From positions 10,492 through 74,491 of the forward strand of contig CAZNHL010000003.1 in NCBI GenBank assembly GCA_964572965.1: DNA of 64,000 nucleotides. Reading direction: 5' to 3'. The stretch comes from an uncultured Bifidobacteriaceae bacterium (lineage in GTDB: Bacteria; Bacteroidota; Bacteroidia; Cytophagales; UBA9547). Position numbers and translations under genes: made by a program. This document shows, in pieces, positions 9,072 to 19,483 of the stretch (position 1 is the stretch's first letter; every line of letters begins with the position of its first letter). The notes below the pieces were generated by a model that saw only the letters and a program-made list of their open reading frames with translations, had not been told where the DNA came from and did not search any database.

Positions 9072-10164
9072 GATTATCAGTTCTTATTTCGTTAAATAAC
9101 TCTTTAAACTTTTCAATGGCATTTTGCTGAGTATAAGGCTTCGCCAGATTTCTCATTTGCTCAGATAAGTGTTGTTTCTCTTCTAAAGGCAATCTAAAGT
9201 ACCATAGAATTTTATTCACAACCACGTCCCTCTCTAAATCAAAAATCAGTTGGGGTTGTGACTTAAGACACTCTGATGAACCTGTTAAGTTTGAAACAAT
9301 CACAGGGATACCGGCAAACATTGCTTCATTTACCGAAATCCCCCATGCCTCACCACGTCCGGTATGAATGTAAAGACTGCTTTCATTAAAGAAAGGAGTG
9401 ATATTTTTGTTTAAGCCGGCCCAGTTGATTGCTGATTGAACAGAATCGGGAAGTGACTTCATACAACTATCGATGTATGATTGTTCCCATTGTCCCACTA
9501 TAGTCAGCTTCAGGTCTGGCAGGTGTTTCTTAGCTTCCTCAAAACTGCTTAACAAAATATCTATTCCTTTGTACCAGCCTCTCCAGTTTCCCGGGCCATT
9601 TGCGATATATAAGAGGTTTTGACCTGAAAGATTCGGGCTTGTTTTCAGTAAGTCATGAATACGATGTTCAGAAACACCATTAAAGCCTTTATAAATCCGG
9701 CCACCCTCTTCGACTACTAGTTTTTGTGCTAACGAAGCCTGAAAATCACCGATACAGATCAGGTAGTCATAACTCTTTAACAGTTTAAGGTTAAACAATT
9801 TACTCTTCCCGGTATAGTATCCCGATTCTATAAAGTACAGACCTTCATCATCCATGAGGCCTATTAATTTACATTTTCTATTGAGCAGCAATAACCACCT
9901 GGCAACAGATGGAGGAAAATGAAGCCCTTCTGTTATGATATAGCGATATTCCCGTTGGAACGAAATCAAAATACCACATACAACCCAACTCAAATATCTT
10001 TTGAATTTGCTGCCTCCGGTATCATGCCATCTTAAGACCGGGTCTACCAATTGTAATTTGCTGCCAATAGAAAGTGCATATGCTTCATGGATTGGGTGGG
10101 GTTTGGGCCTTCCATGAATGAACAGGATCTTGGGTTGTGCTTCTATATTAGTTTTGGTTGCCAC
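9061..10164 (-). CDS. Glycosyltransferase (GT-B fold, GT4/GT1-like)
   Basis: 367 aa. GEAWGISVNEAMFAGIPVIVSNLTG matches the GT-B C-terminal nucleotide-sugar binding region. GTG start. Confidence 0.75.
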   Translation of the reverse strand: MATKTNIEAQPKILFIHGRPKPHPIHEAYALSIGSKLQLVDPVLRWHDTGGSKFKRYLSWVVCGILISFQREYRYIITEGLHFPPSVARWLLLLNRKCKLIGLMDDEGLYFIESGYYTGKSKLFNLKLLKSYDYLICIGDFQASLAQKLVVEEGGRIYKGFNGVSEHRIHDLLKTSPNLSGQNLLYIANGPGNWRGWYKGIDILLSSFEEAKKHLPDLKLTIVGQWEQSYIDSCMKSLPDSVQSAINWAGLNKNITPFFNESSLYIHTGRGEAWGISVNEAMFAGIPVIVSNLTGSSECLKSQPQLIFDLERDVVVNKILWYFRLPLEEKQHLSEQMRNLAKPYTQQNAIEKFKELFNEIRTDNLDI

Positions 10165-10166
10165 TT

Positions 10167-11342
10167 TTAGTTTAAAAGAGTCATTAGCGATTTCTTATAG
10201 TTCTCGAGAGAAAATTCACGGGCAGTGTTTATCGCCGTTTTTTTAATCTCCTTCATAGGTGTATTTGCAATAGTACTACAGGCAAGTTTCATACGCTCTG
10301 TTAATTGCGCTCTGCTCGCTGATTCAAAGCTCAGGCCGGCATTCTTATTCACTGCTAATATATCACCGATTCCCGTATTGGCGCTGGCTACAACAAACAT
10401 ACCTGATGCTAACGCTTCAAGCATTACCAAACCAAAAGACTCTTGTACCGAAGGTAAAATAAGAATATGTGCCTGATGGTATATTTCTTTCAGGCTTTCC
10501 TTATCCTTTACTCCCAACAGTTTTATACCAGGATTTAAATCAGTCAAATAGGGTTCTATTTCTGGCAGTCTATTCCCAACAAGCCATAACTCTGTATCAG
10601 GCATTTGCATCTTACTGTATGCTTCAAGCAGGTAATGTACTCCTTTAAGGAGTTCCAATCTGCCTACAAACAACAAAATGGTTTTACCTGTAGGGCGTAA
10701 ATCTTCAGCTTGCTCCCAATAGTTAACATCTATACCAGGCAAAGTCACTCTGAGTTTCGATTCTGAAATGCCGTTACTTATAAATGTTTGTTTTGAGTAA
10801 GACGACAGTAAGTTGATTTGATCAGCATACTTATATTCTTCAAGCATTCTGGATACCATTTTTTTACTGAATAAGCTGTATTGAACACCTGCACTACTAC
10901 CATATTCAGCATATTGGTTCTTCATGAGTTCCATCCATGTATTTACATGAACCATTGGATGTTCAAGTATTCTTTTAGTGCCGGACTTCTGTGCTTTTTT
11001 AAGACAAAACAACGATACCTGAGGCCAGGCAATCAACACTTTTAGTTGACCAGAGAGTTTACTTGCTACCAAATAATCGTAAACAGGAAAAAGTATGTCC
11101 AACTGGCCGGGCTTCCTATTCAAATAAGGCAAACGGTGCCATATTCCCCAAACAAGATAGCTCAGAATATCATATATAAATGACTTTTTCTGAGAAACCA
11201 CAACTCCCGACTTTAGCCTGTTAAAAACGAATTTCGGCCAATAATTGGAATAGCTCAGTTCTGTTTCGATGGTGCTTATCTGACTTAGCATTAGCTTGTC
11301 ATGATGACCAGGGCCAATATGGATATGCAGCTTTTCTGTCAT
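10167..11342 (-). CDS. Glycosyltransferase family 4
   Basis: 391 aa. ESFGLVMLEALASGMFVVASANTGIGDIL is a GT4 E-x7-E region. There is an ATGA overlap with the upstream gene. Confidence 0.8.
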   Translation of the reverse strand: MTEKLHIHIGPGHHDKLMLSQISTIETELSYSNYWPKFVFNRLKSGVVVSQKKSFIYDILSYLVWGIWHRLPYLNRKPGQLDILFPVYDYLVASKLSGQLKVLIAWPQVSLFCLKKAQKSGTKRILEHPMVHVNTWMELMKNQYAEYGSSAGVQYSLFSKKMVSRMLEEYKYADQINLLSSYSKQTFISNGISESKLRVTLPGIDVNYWEQAEDLRPTGKTILLFVGRLELLKGVHYLLEAYSKMQMPDTELWLVGNRLPEIEPYLTDLNPGIKLLGVKDKESLKEIYHQAHILILPSVQESFGLVMLEALASGMFVVASANTGIGDILAVNKNAGLSFESASRAQLTERMKLACSTIANTPMKEIKKTAINTAREFSLENYKKSLMTLLN

Positions 11343-12592
11343 TTATCAAGTTTCTCCAGACAGGCAATGATTTTTGTTGCCATTTCATGAGCCAGGTTTT
11401 TACGATGATACTTCATGATCATATTTGTATCTCCATGATAATCAAGCTTCCCCTGCTCTAGCCATTTTTCATACCAGCTCTCTATAATTTCTGTTAGTTT
11501 TTCAGACTCATCGGTTAAAAGACCAGCCTGGGTTTCTAAAATGATTTGCTCCACAACATCATTGTCAGAAGGTGCTATCAGAATATTTTTACCACTTGCA
11601 ATATATTCATATATTTTTCCTGATGCGATACCTTTATAGCCTTTCCAGGCCGGATAAAATAAAATATGTGACTCTTCCATAATAGCTTTGGCTTCTTTAC
11701 GGGGTATCCGCTCTGTCAGTGTAATATTGGGCGACTTAATACCGGCCTTTATTTTATCGGAAACTGATTTATATGCACCCACTCCTATAAAATTGAAGTG
11801 ATACTTCCCGTCAGGATACTTCTGAGTAAATGTATTAAGGGCGTTAATTAATAAATCAATATTTTGATCGGGGTAAATTGTACCAATGGAGGACATGGTA
11901 AATGTCTTACTGTTTGCTGTTGCACCAGCATTTAAACTGTCGTCATCAAACCCGTTGCTTACCCAAAACACTTCAGGCTTGTACTTCTTCCCATCGAAAA
12001 GAGAGATTAAATGTTCTCCTAATGCACTGTTGATAGTAGTTACAAATAAGGCATCTTTAAGCCAGTTTGTAATTTTCTTTTTAATCAGAAAATTACAAAC
12101 CTGTGTTAATACCCCCAGACGTTTGTTACTTAGAACATCATTATTCCAAAGATCTCTGAAATCAACACCGAAAGGTATACCAAATTTCTCTGCTAAACGC
12201 GAAGTGGTCTGAGCCAGAAAGACAGGACCTATTGATGTAAGTATTAAATCAAACTTCTCTTTTGACAATAAAAGCTCTGCCTGTTTATAAAAAGCATCAT
12301 GTTGGTCAAAGAAATGCCTTTCCTGCAAATAAAAAGAAAGAGTTGCCCTTAACTGTTCAATTCGGGGCGAGTTGTAAGGTTCCTGTTTTCCTTCTGCGAA
12401 AGGGATGCGGTAAACCTCAAAACTATCATTTTTTTCATACTCTACTCCACTACTGTTACTATCCCAGTTTCGTGTAATGATGGTTGGGTAAAGCCCCGAC
12501 TGAGCAAAGTATTTTGCCCATGAATAGGGCCTTTGCGAACCTATCATCTCATTTGGAGGAAAATAGTATGCTAATAATAAAACCCGCCTCAT
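11339..12592 (-). CDS. Glycosyltransferase, GT4-like
   Basis: 417 aa. The N-terminus MRRVLLLAYYFPPNEMIGSQRP is typical of GT-B enzymes, with a C-terminal Rossmann half. There is an ATGA overlap with the upstream asnB-like gene. Confidence 0.7.
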   Translation of the reverse strand: MRRVLLLAYYFPPNEMIGSQRPYSWAKYFAQSGLYPTIITRNWDSNSSGVEYEKNDSFEVYRIPFAEGKQEPYNSPRIEQLRATLSFYLQERHFFDQHDAFYKQAELLLSKEKFDLILTSIGPVFLAQTTSRLAEKFGIPFGVDFRDLWNNDVLSNKRLGVLTQVCNFLIKKKITNWLKDALFVTTINSALGEHLISLFDGKKYKPEVFWVSNGFDDDSLNAGATANSKTFTMSSIGTIYPDQNIDLLINALNTFTQKYPDGKYHFNFIGVGAYKSVSDKIKAGIKSPNITLTERIPRKEAKAIMEESHILFYPAWKGYKGIASGKIYEYIASGKNILIAPSDNDVVEQIILETQAGLLTDESEKLTEIIESWYEKWLEQGKLDYHGDTNMIMKYHRKNLAHEMATKIIACLEKLDK

Positions 12593-14436
12593 TCTCCTAT
12601 AGTTTTAGCCGCCATGATATACCTCCACTTGAGATATGCGGGCAATTGTGTTAAACGATTAGTGATACCCGATTGCAAATATCCCAGATTGACGAGTTTT
12701 TTGACAGACTCCTGAAATAAATTTACAAACGTAGCATTCGTGGTAATTTTATCAAATGGAGCATCAAAGCCTATTTTGTCTTTTCTCCATGTAATTTCCG
12801 GTGGCAATAAATACTCATAACTATCACGCATAATTACCTTTGTCCAGCCCCCTTTGATTTTATATTCACTGGGTAGCTTGGTCATAAATGCTATAAGTTC
12901 ATGATTGGTATAAGGCAGGCGTACTTCTCTGGATTGTGCCATAGAATTTCGATCGGCATATCTCAGCAGAGTTTCAAATTCACCGCCGGTTAGCGTATCG
13001 GCCAATGCCTCATTAAGCTTAGAATGGACATTTTTGTCCTTATACCTGATATGCTTATTAAACAAATCATGTGCAATGCCTAAACTATCTGCCTGACCAT
13101 TTCTCAATTTATTGAGGTGAAATTTAGTCCGCCGAACCAAAGATCCAACAACTGAATTTTCCCATAAGAATATACTCAGGATCCTTTTAACAGTAATCGC
13201 ATTTCCGGTAAGTGCGTTATAGGCTTTAAGCTCATCAGCCAGCTTTTTCCTATTGGTTTTTAGCAATTCAAGCCAATAGCTTTTATAATACGGCGTGTAG
13301 CCTGCAAGTATTTCGTCAGCACCTTGCCCATCCAGTAATACAACAATATTGTGTTGATTAGCCAGTTGCATAACCTCATTTTGAGCAATGATACTTGTAC
13401 TTGCAAATGGTTCATCCTGTATATCTAAAACTTTGACTATTGCTTCAATGAGTTTCTCTTCTGTAACATTCACCTCAAACTTAGTGGTATTATGTTTTGA
13501 GGTTATTTGATTAATAAAGTAACCTTCATCCTTAGGATGTCCCGGGAAGCGTGCAGAGAAAGTATTGAACGGTGAATTTTCCTGTTGTTGCTTTTTTATC
13601 AAAGAAACAACAAGACTGCTGTCAAGTCCTCCCGATAAACTAGAACCTACAGGCACATCAGATCTCAGCCTGAGTTTTACAGACTGCTCCAACAGGCGCT
13701 GGAATTCTTTTTGAGCCTCATCATAACTGATTTCATCGGCAGACAACTGAGATTCCGGAAGTGACCAGTAACGTTTTACTTTAACCTTGCCATTCTGCAC
13801 AGTAAGCATGTGAGCGGGCGGCAGCCTGAGAATACTTTTGAAGAAGGTCTGATCTAAATGCTCTTTATTGATAATTGTGCCATAATAAACATAATTGATC
13901 AGGTGATGTTCATTAACCGCTTTTTCAATTCCTGCGGCAAAAATGCCCTTTATTTCAGATGCGAATACAAACTGGTTATCATCAGCAAAATAATGAAAAG
14001 GCTTTTCTCCAACACGGTCCCTTGCACAAAAGAGTTTTTTATTCTCATCATCCCAGATGGCAAAGGCAAACATTCCGTCAAGCTCGGCAAGCATGTCTTC
14101 TCCTTTTTGTGCGTATAAAGCAAGCAGTACTTCTGTGTCACTTTCGGAGAGAAATGAGTAACCGGCTTCAATCAGGTTGTTTTTCAGTTCAAGGTAGTTA
14201 TATATTTCCCCATTGAACGTGATTGTATATTTACCCTGATAGTGCATTGGCTGACTACCATTCTGGCTTAAATCAATAATCGACAACCTCCTGTGACCTA
14301 AGGCAAGCTTCTTGTCAGGATGTACCCAATGGCCATCGCCATTTGGCCCCCTGTGAGCCATTTTGTCTGTCATCAATTTAACAGTAGCCCCGTTTACATC
14401 ACTCGTAAAAGATAATACCCCCGCTATTCCACACAT
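12589..14436 (-). CDS. Asparagine synthase (glutamine-hydrolysing) family amidotransferase, copy 1
   Basis: 615 aa. An Ntn glutaminase nucleophile sits at MCGIAG, followed by HRGPNGDG and HRRLSIIDL. The PP-loop SLSGGLDSS lies in the synthetase domain. Confidence 0.9.
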   Translation of the reverse strand: MCGIAGVLSFTSDVNGATVKLMTDKMAHRGPNGDGHWVHPDKKLALGHRRLSIIDLSQNGSQPMHYQGKYTITFNGEIYNYLELKNNLIEAGYSFLSESDTEVLLALYAQKGEDMLAELDGMFAFAIWDDENKKLFCARDRVGEKPFHYFADDNQFVFASEIKGIFAAGIEKAVNEHHLINYVYYGTIINKEHLDQTFFKSILRLPPAHMLTVQNGKVKVKRYWSLPESQLSADEISYDEAQKEFQRLLEQSVKLRLRSDVPVGSSLSGGLDSSLVVSLIKKQQQENSPFNTFSARFPGHPKDEGYFINQITSKHNTTKFEVNVTEEKLIEAIVKVLDIQDEPFASTSIIAQNEVMQLANQHNIVVLLDGQGADEILAGYTPYYKSYWLELLKTNRKKLADELKAYNALTGNAITVKRILSIFLWENSVVGSLVRRTKFHLNKLRNGQADSLGIAHDLFNKHIRYKDKNVHSKLNEALADTLTGGEFETLLRYADRNSMAQSREVRLPYTNHELIAFMTKLPSEYKIKGGWTKVIMRDSYEYLLPPEITWRKDKIGFDAPFDKITTNATFVNLFQESVKKLVNLGYLQSGITNRLTQLPAYLKWRYIMAAKTIGE

Positions 14437-14441
14437 AATAA

Positions 14442-14948
14442 CTAAATTTCTTTAATAATTGTAGCAGGGTTACCGGCTATAACCACATTGGCAGGGAAGG
14501 ACTTTGTAACAATACTATTTGCTCCAACCGTTACATTATCTCCTAGTATAACGCCCGGAAGTATAGTGACTCCGTGCCCAATCCATACGTTCTTTCCAAT
14601 ATATACAGATTTTGTAATAAATTTTGCCCTGTCCACTAATTCATGATTGCCCGTCTGAATACAAACATTGGTAGCAAAGATAGACCCTTCTCCTATTTGA
14701 AGAGTAGATCCTTCAAAAGCGGCAAAATGGCAAAACCCTGAGACTGTAAATGAATTCATGACTGAAGGGTGAATATGCATGAATCTGAAGCCACTTATAA
14801 TAGAGGAATAATGTACTGAAAACGGAACGTCCCGGTTGATTTTGAACAGTCGTTGAAAAATGAAATTTACAAATAATAAGCCCGGATTAACATGTTTATA
14901 ATATTCCTTATTGATGGATTTGTAATATAGCGTAGCAAGCCCAAGCAT
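14442..14948 (-). CDS. Hexapeptide-repeat (LbH) sugar O-/N-acyltransferase
   Basis: 168 aa. The C-terminal hexapeptide repeats are IGKNVWIGHGVTILPGVILGDNVTVGANSIV. Confidence 0.8.
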   Translation of the reverse strand: MLGLATLYYKSINKEYYKHVNPGLLFVNFIFQRLFKINRDVPFSVHYSSIISGFRFMHIHPSVMNSFTVSGFCHFAAFEGSTLQIGEGSIFATNVCIQTGNHELVDRAKFITKSVYIGKNVWIGHGVTILPGVILGDNVTVGANSIVTKSFPANVVIAGNPATIIKEI

Positions 14949-14949
14949 A

Positions 14950-16386
14950 TTATTTCTTTTTTAGTATAAGATTATTCAATACACGCTTATCCAGTAAATT
15001 AGTTTTGATAAAAACGATAAGTATTAATGAGGCATAAATCAAGCCGGAAACAACAATCATCCATTTTGATTGAGTCAATAAGTGCATTGCCGATTTTATG
15101 GAGTAAGATAAAACCAGTGAAAGTGAAATAACAAGAAATGCACTCTTTAGTATTTTGAAGGTAATTAGCCTTTCCTGTAACAATTTTTCGGAGGCAATCA
15201 GCTGAAAAACCGCTACAATAAGTATAGCGATAACTGTAGCAAGGGCGGCCCCGGCAATGCCTATTGTTTCAATAAACAGATAATTAAGCAATAAATTAAG
15301 AAGGAAGGCGAATATATATACTTTCAGGATATAGGCTGTTTTGCCTGTGGCAATCAATACATCAGCATAATCATTAATTCTGATAAGCAGCGTAAGGTTA
15401 AATATAAGAAACACGCCACTGCTTAACAGATACTTGTCGGACAAGTATAAGCTTATCAGTTCCTGATTGAAGACAAGCAGGAAAATAAGAGCCGGGTAAA
15501 TAATGATAATAGAGTTTTCTATCACTATCCGTTTTAACTGGGCAACTTTAGAAAGTTCGCCCGCATTAATCAGTTTAGTTATTTCAGGTAAAATTACGGC
15601 TGCGATAGATCCATAAATGGAAGCGAAAAAGGGAACTTCAAATGCGCCGTTTTTATAAATTGCAAATGACTCCGGGCCTTTAAAATAGGAAACCATTAAA
15701 CTGTCAGTATAAAACATGAGGTAGCCAATGAGTCCAGTCAGTGACAAATTAATTCCTTTCAAAATCTGATTGCCGAGAAAGGCAAAGTCTGGTGTGATCA
15801 GGCCAAATAAGTCTTTGGGAATCATCATTCCGGCAATAAGAATACCGAGAAGATCTACAGCCATAATAGAAACAAAGACCAACCCCAGACTATGATATAT
15901 ATTGATGGCTATGAAAATAACACCCAGGCGAAGTGCATTTATAAGTAATGCATTAAAGGCCATGTTTTTAACCTTATTCTGGCATACAAGCACCGTATTG
16001 AAAATGCCTGATGTGATGCTGATAAGAGGTGCCAGCGAATAGATTTTCAGCAAAGGGATAATCTCTGGATTGGAGAATGAATTGGCTAAAAGACTGCTTC
16101 CAAAGTACATAATAATTCCACTGGCAAGCCCACCTGCAAGTGCACCATACAAAGAAGTAATGAAAGACTTTTTTCTGTCAGTTGTGTTGAAATAATAAAT
16201 CAGGACAGTACTTAAGCCGAACCCGAAAATACTGACAAATAGACCTTGTATAAGTAAAACCTGGCTGTATGTCCCGTAGTCAATCACAGACAGGCTGCGT
16301 GAAAGGTAAGGAACGCAAAGAATGCTAACGACCGTATTCAGGATTTGGGCAAGTGAAACGAAAGCAATATTTTTGATTCTATCCAA
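14950..16386 (-). CDS. Wzx-type oligosaccharide flippase (MOP superfamily)
   Basis: Highly hydrophobic, roughly 12-14 predicted TM segments, polysaccharide-biosynthesis-protein-like. The track start at 16515 (ATG) would overlap the divergent wecB start. The in-frame TTG at the complement of 16384-16386 gives (M)DRIKNIAFVSLAQILN, a typical Wzx N-terminus. The start is uncertain. Confidence 0.8.
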   Translation of the reverse strand: MDRIKNIAFVSLAQILNTVVSILCVPYLSRSLSVIDYGTYSQVLLIQGLFVSIFGFGLSTVLIYYFNTTDRKKSFITSLYGALAGGLASGIIMYFGSSLLANSFSNPEIIPLLKIYSLAPLISITSGIFNTVLVCQNKVKNMAFNALLINALRLGVIFIAINIYHSLGLVFVSIMAVDLLGILIAGMMIPKDLFGLITPDFAFLGNQILKGINLSLTGLIGYLMFYTDSLMVSYFKGPESFAIYKNGAFEVPFFASIYGSIAAVILPEITKLINAGELSKVAQLKRIVIENSIIIIYPALIFLLVFNQELISLYLSDKYLLSSGVFLIFNLTLLIRINDYADVLIATGKTAYILKVYIFAFLLNLLLNYLFIETIGIAGAALATVIAILIVAVFQLIASEKLLQERLITFKILKSAFLVISLSLVLSYSIKSAMHLLTQSKWMIVVSGLIYASLILIVFIKTNLLDKRVLNNLILKKK

Positions 16387-16498
16387 GGTATTATTTGTAA
16401 TTGTAATTAAATGTGCGCTATTTATTATAAAATTACCATTTATTGATAACCTAAGGGATACAAAATAAGTAATTTTAAACTTATAATGTTTTGAATAA

Positions 16499-17575
16499 GT
16501 GAATATATTAACCATTGTGGGGGCACGTCCTCAATTTGTAAAAGCAGCAGTATTAAGTAGAAGAATTAATGATCATCAGGGTATTACAGAGAAGCTTGTT
16601 CATACCGGCCAGCACTATGATCATAATATGAGTAAGATTTTCTTTGAAGAAATGGAAATTTCTCACCCTCATTTTCAATTGGAAGTGAGTAGCGGTTCAA
16701 ATGCCGTTGTTACCGATCAGATGGTTCAGAAAATAAAACCCATTATACTTCAGGAGAAACCGGATTTTGTACTGGTTTATGGCGATACCAATACGACACT
16801 TGCGGGAGCTATGGCAGCGAGCCAGGCCGATGTACCGGTTATTCACGTTGAGGCAGGTTTAAGAAGTTATAATGAAAATATGCCGGAAGAGATTAACAGA
16901 GTTTTGGTTGATCGTATATCGGCGAAATTGTTTGCCCCAACTCTTCAGGCTGTTAATAATCTTCACAATGAAGGGTTTTCAGATATGAAAAAGCAAGTAT
17001 TCCTTTCCGGGGATATTATGCAGGATGCCGCATTGTTTTATGAAAAAAAAGCATCGGAAAAATCGACAATCATCAAAGACTTAAAACTGGTAAGCGGTAG
17101 TTATGTTCTGGCAACTATTCACAGAGCCGAAAATACTGACTTGAAAGAAAAATTGTCAGCGTTAGTGGAAATTCTGAATAGTATCAATGAAACATTACCG
17201 GTAATAATACCTATTCATCCACGGACACAAAAAATGATAAAAGAGTTTGGGCTGTCGCCGCAGTTTAAACAAATTTCACCGGTAGGGTATTTTGATATGA
17301 TAGCGCTGATCAAGAACGCGCGGTTTATCATGACCGATAGCGGCGGTTTACAAAAAGAAGCTTACTTTTTTAATAAATACTGTATCACATTACGTAACGA
17401 GACTGAATGGACGGAACTGGTTTCAAATGGCGTAAGTTTTCTTTGCGGTTCGGAAATAGCCAAAGTTGAACAGGCAATTTCCACTATCGACAAAGCATCT
17501 TCTGTATTTACTGAAGACCTTTATGGAGGAGGGAATGCGGCAGAGAAAATAATTGAAGGAATTATGAAGGCCTGA
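16499..17575 (+). CDS. wecB: UDP-N-acetylglucosamine 2-epimerase (non-hydrolysing)
   Basis: 358 aa. (M)NILTIVGARPQFVK, YGDTNTTLAGA, HVEAGLRS and MTDSGGLQKEA are hallmarks of WecB/MnaA. GTG start. Confidence 0.9.
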   Translation: MNILTIVGARPQFVKAAVLSRRINDHQGITEKLVHTGQHYDHNMSKIFFEEMEISHPHFQLEVSSGSNAVVTDQMVQKIKPIILQEKPDFVLVYGDTNTTLAGAMAASQADVPVIHVEAGLRSYNENMPEEINRVLVDRISAKLFAPTLQAVNNLHNEGFSDMKKQVFLSGDIMQDAALFYEKKASEKSTIIKDLKLVSGSYVLATIHRAENTDLKEKLSALVEILNSINETLPVIIPIHPRTQKMIKEFGLSPQFKQISPVGYFDMIALIKNARFIMTDSGGLQKEAYFFNKYCITLRNETEWTELVSNGVSFLCGSEIAKVEQAISTIDKASSVFTEDLYGGGNAAEKIIEGIMKA

Positions 17576-17651
17576 GTAATCAAGGTTTCCTATTTATAGA
17601 TTTTAGTATAAAAACAGGTATGTTTATATTGCCTGATAAATAGTTTATTGA

Positions 17652-18551
17652 ATGACGAATACTCCATTTATATCAGTAATAGTTCCTACCTTCAACCGCA
17701 GCGATCTTATTAGTAAAACAATACATTCTCTTCAGAACCAGCATAATAGTAATTATGAAATTATTATTGTGGATGACGGGAGTACTGACAATACCGAAGA
17801 AGTTGTAAGCAGCTTGTTAAATGAGAAAACTCGTTATGTAAAGAAAGATAACGCAGAAAGGGCTGCTGCAAGAAATTACGGTGCAAGTATTGCCAAAGGC
17901 GATTACGTTAACTTTTTTGATAGTGATGACCTGGCATTGCCAAACCATGTGGATGAAGCAATAAAGGTTATTAATGACCATAGTAATCCTGAATGGTTTC
18001 ATTTAGGGTATGCCTGGGCCGATGTTGACGGAAAGGTATTCAGGGATGTGAACGGTTATGAGGGGGGTACGCTCAACCATTATATGAGCTCCGGTAACCC
18101 CTTGAGTTGCAATGGCGTTTTTGTAAGACGAGATATAGCAATGGTTAATAAATTCAATGAAGACAGGGCGCTTTCTGCTTCAGAGGACTACGAACTGTGG
18201 TGCAGACTGGCTGCCCGGTATCCTTTGTTTTATTCTAATACAATTACTTCTTGGGTGATAGACCACGAAGCCAGAAGTGTACGAAAAATAAACGGGGAAA
18301 AGCTGCTCCTGAGATTAGATTTGTTATTATTATATTTGACTAATAATGCTGAGGTTGTTTCCTATTTCGGTTCTGGAATTAGCAGAATTAAAATGGATAC
18401 GTATTCTTATGGAGCATTGCACCTTGCTGAGGTTCCGAGTCAAAAAGCTAAAAGCGTATTTTATTTGCTAAAAGCACTTGCTGCAGACTTATCATTGGTG
18501 AAAAAAAGAAGGTTTTTTGCAGTTATCAAAAATATATTAATTAAATGGTAA
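17652..18551 (+). CDS. Glycosyltransferase family 2
   Basis: 299 aa. ISVIVPTFNRSDLI...YEIIIVDDGSTDNT...FFDSDD gives the GT-A DxD context. Confidence 0.85.
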   Translation: MTNTPFISVIVPTFNRSDLISKTIHSLQNQHNSNYEIIIVDDGSTDNTEEVVSSLLNEKTRYVKKDNAERAAARNYGASIAKGDYVNFFDSDDLALPNHVDEAIKVINDHSNPEWFHLGYAWADVDGKVFRDVNGYEGGTLNHYMSSGNPLSCNGVFVRRDIAMVNKFNEDRALSASEDYELWCRLAARYPLFYSNTITSWVIDHEARSVRKINGEKLLLRLDLLLLYLTNNAEVVSYFGSGISRIKMDTYSYGALHLAEVPSQKAKSVFYLLKALAADLSLVKKRRFFAVIKNILIKW

Positions 18552-19483
18552 AAGTACTTATCACAGGCGGTGCAGGTTTTATTCCTTCCAGTTTGGCGGA
18601 CAAGCTATTAACTCTTCCGGATTTCTATGTAGTACTTGTTGATAATTTTTTAACGGGCCAAAAAGAGAATATTCCGGTACATGAGCGTTGTAAATTCGTG
18701 AAGTGTGATGTTAATAATTACACGGATATCTCTTCTATCATGACAGCATACCGGTTCGATTATGTATTTCACTATGCTGCTGTTGTTGGTGTGCAACGGA
18801 CACTGCAAAATCCTGTGATGGTCTTAGAGGATATTGAAGGGATAAAAAATGTACTTAACCTTAGCAAAAACACTGGCGTTAAGAGGGTGTTTTATTCGTC
18901 TTCTTCAGAAGTTTATGGAGAACCGGTTATTATGCCTCAGAATGAATATACTACACCCCTGAATTCCCGTTTACCTTACGCTGTTGTTAAAAATATCGGA
19001 GAGTCATATTGCCGTTCGTTTCATCAGGAGTATGGGCTTGATTTTACCATTTTCAGGTTTTTTAATACCTATGGCCCGAAACAAAGTGCTGACTTCGTAA
19101 TGTCAAAGTTTTTGCATGCTGCACTGAAAAATGAAAACATTACCGTTTATGGAGATGGCAGCCAGTCAAGAACTTTCTGTTATATCGACGATAATATAGA
19201 TGCATGTTTGCAAATCCTTTTTGACGAAAGTCATAAAAATGATGTGTATAATATCGGTAATGATAAGGTTATCACGATCAGGGAATTGGCAAGCACCATC
19301 ATAGAACTGACAGGCTCAAAGTCTTCAATTGTACATCTGCCGCCATTGCCTGAAGGTGATATGACGAAAAGACAACCGGATATTACCAAAATGAAAAGTC
19401 TTCTTAATCGTGAGTTATTGCCTTATGACCAGGGAATCAGGAAAGTGATGGAAGCCTGGAAAGAGAAAGGCCTTAGCCATTAA
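18545..19483 (+). CDS. NAD-dependent nucleotide-sugar epimerase/dehydratase (extended SDR)
   Basis: 312 aa. It has the Rossmann motif ITGGAGFIPSSL, the catalytic triad context SSSEVYG and YAVVK (YxxxK), and FRFFNTYGP. Confidence 0.85.
   Translation: MVKVLITGGAGFIPSSLADKLLTLPDFYVVLVDNFLTGQKENIPVHERCKFVKCDVNNYTDISSIMTAYRFDYVFHYAAVVGVQRTLQNPVMVLEDIEGIKNVLNLSKNTGVKRVFYSSSSEVYGEPVIMPQNEYTTPLNSRLPYAVVKNIGESYCRSFHQEYGLDFTIFRFFNTYGPKQSADFVMSKFLHAALKNENITVYGDGSQSRTFCYIDDNIDACLQILFDESHKNDVYNIGNDKVITIRELASTIIELTGSKSSIVHLPPLPEGDMTKRQPDITKMKSLLNRELLPYDQGIRKVMEAWKEKGLSH

Noticed and set aside
12589-14436. The AsnB homologues considered as lasso-peptide cyclases (RiPP cluster).
   Set aside because: Both retain the N-terminal Cys nucleophile and glutaminase motifs that lasso cyclases lack. 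No precursor-peptide, B-protein or protease genes are adjacent, and the context is entirely glycosyltransferases.
16387-16515. An apparent 17-nt overlap of the divergent 5' ends of the flippase ORF (ATG at 16515) and wecB (GTG at 16499).
   Set aside because: The N-terminal 43 codons of the long flippase version are AT-rich and not membrane-protein-like. An in-frame TTG at 16386 gives a typical Wzx N-terminus and restores a 112-bp divergent promoter region. I treat this as a start-codon annotation issue, not real overlap.
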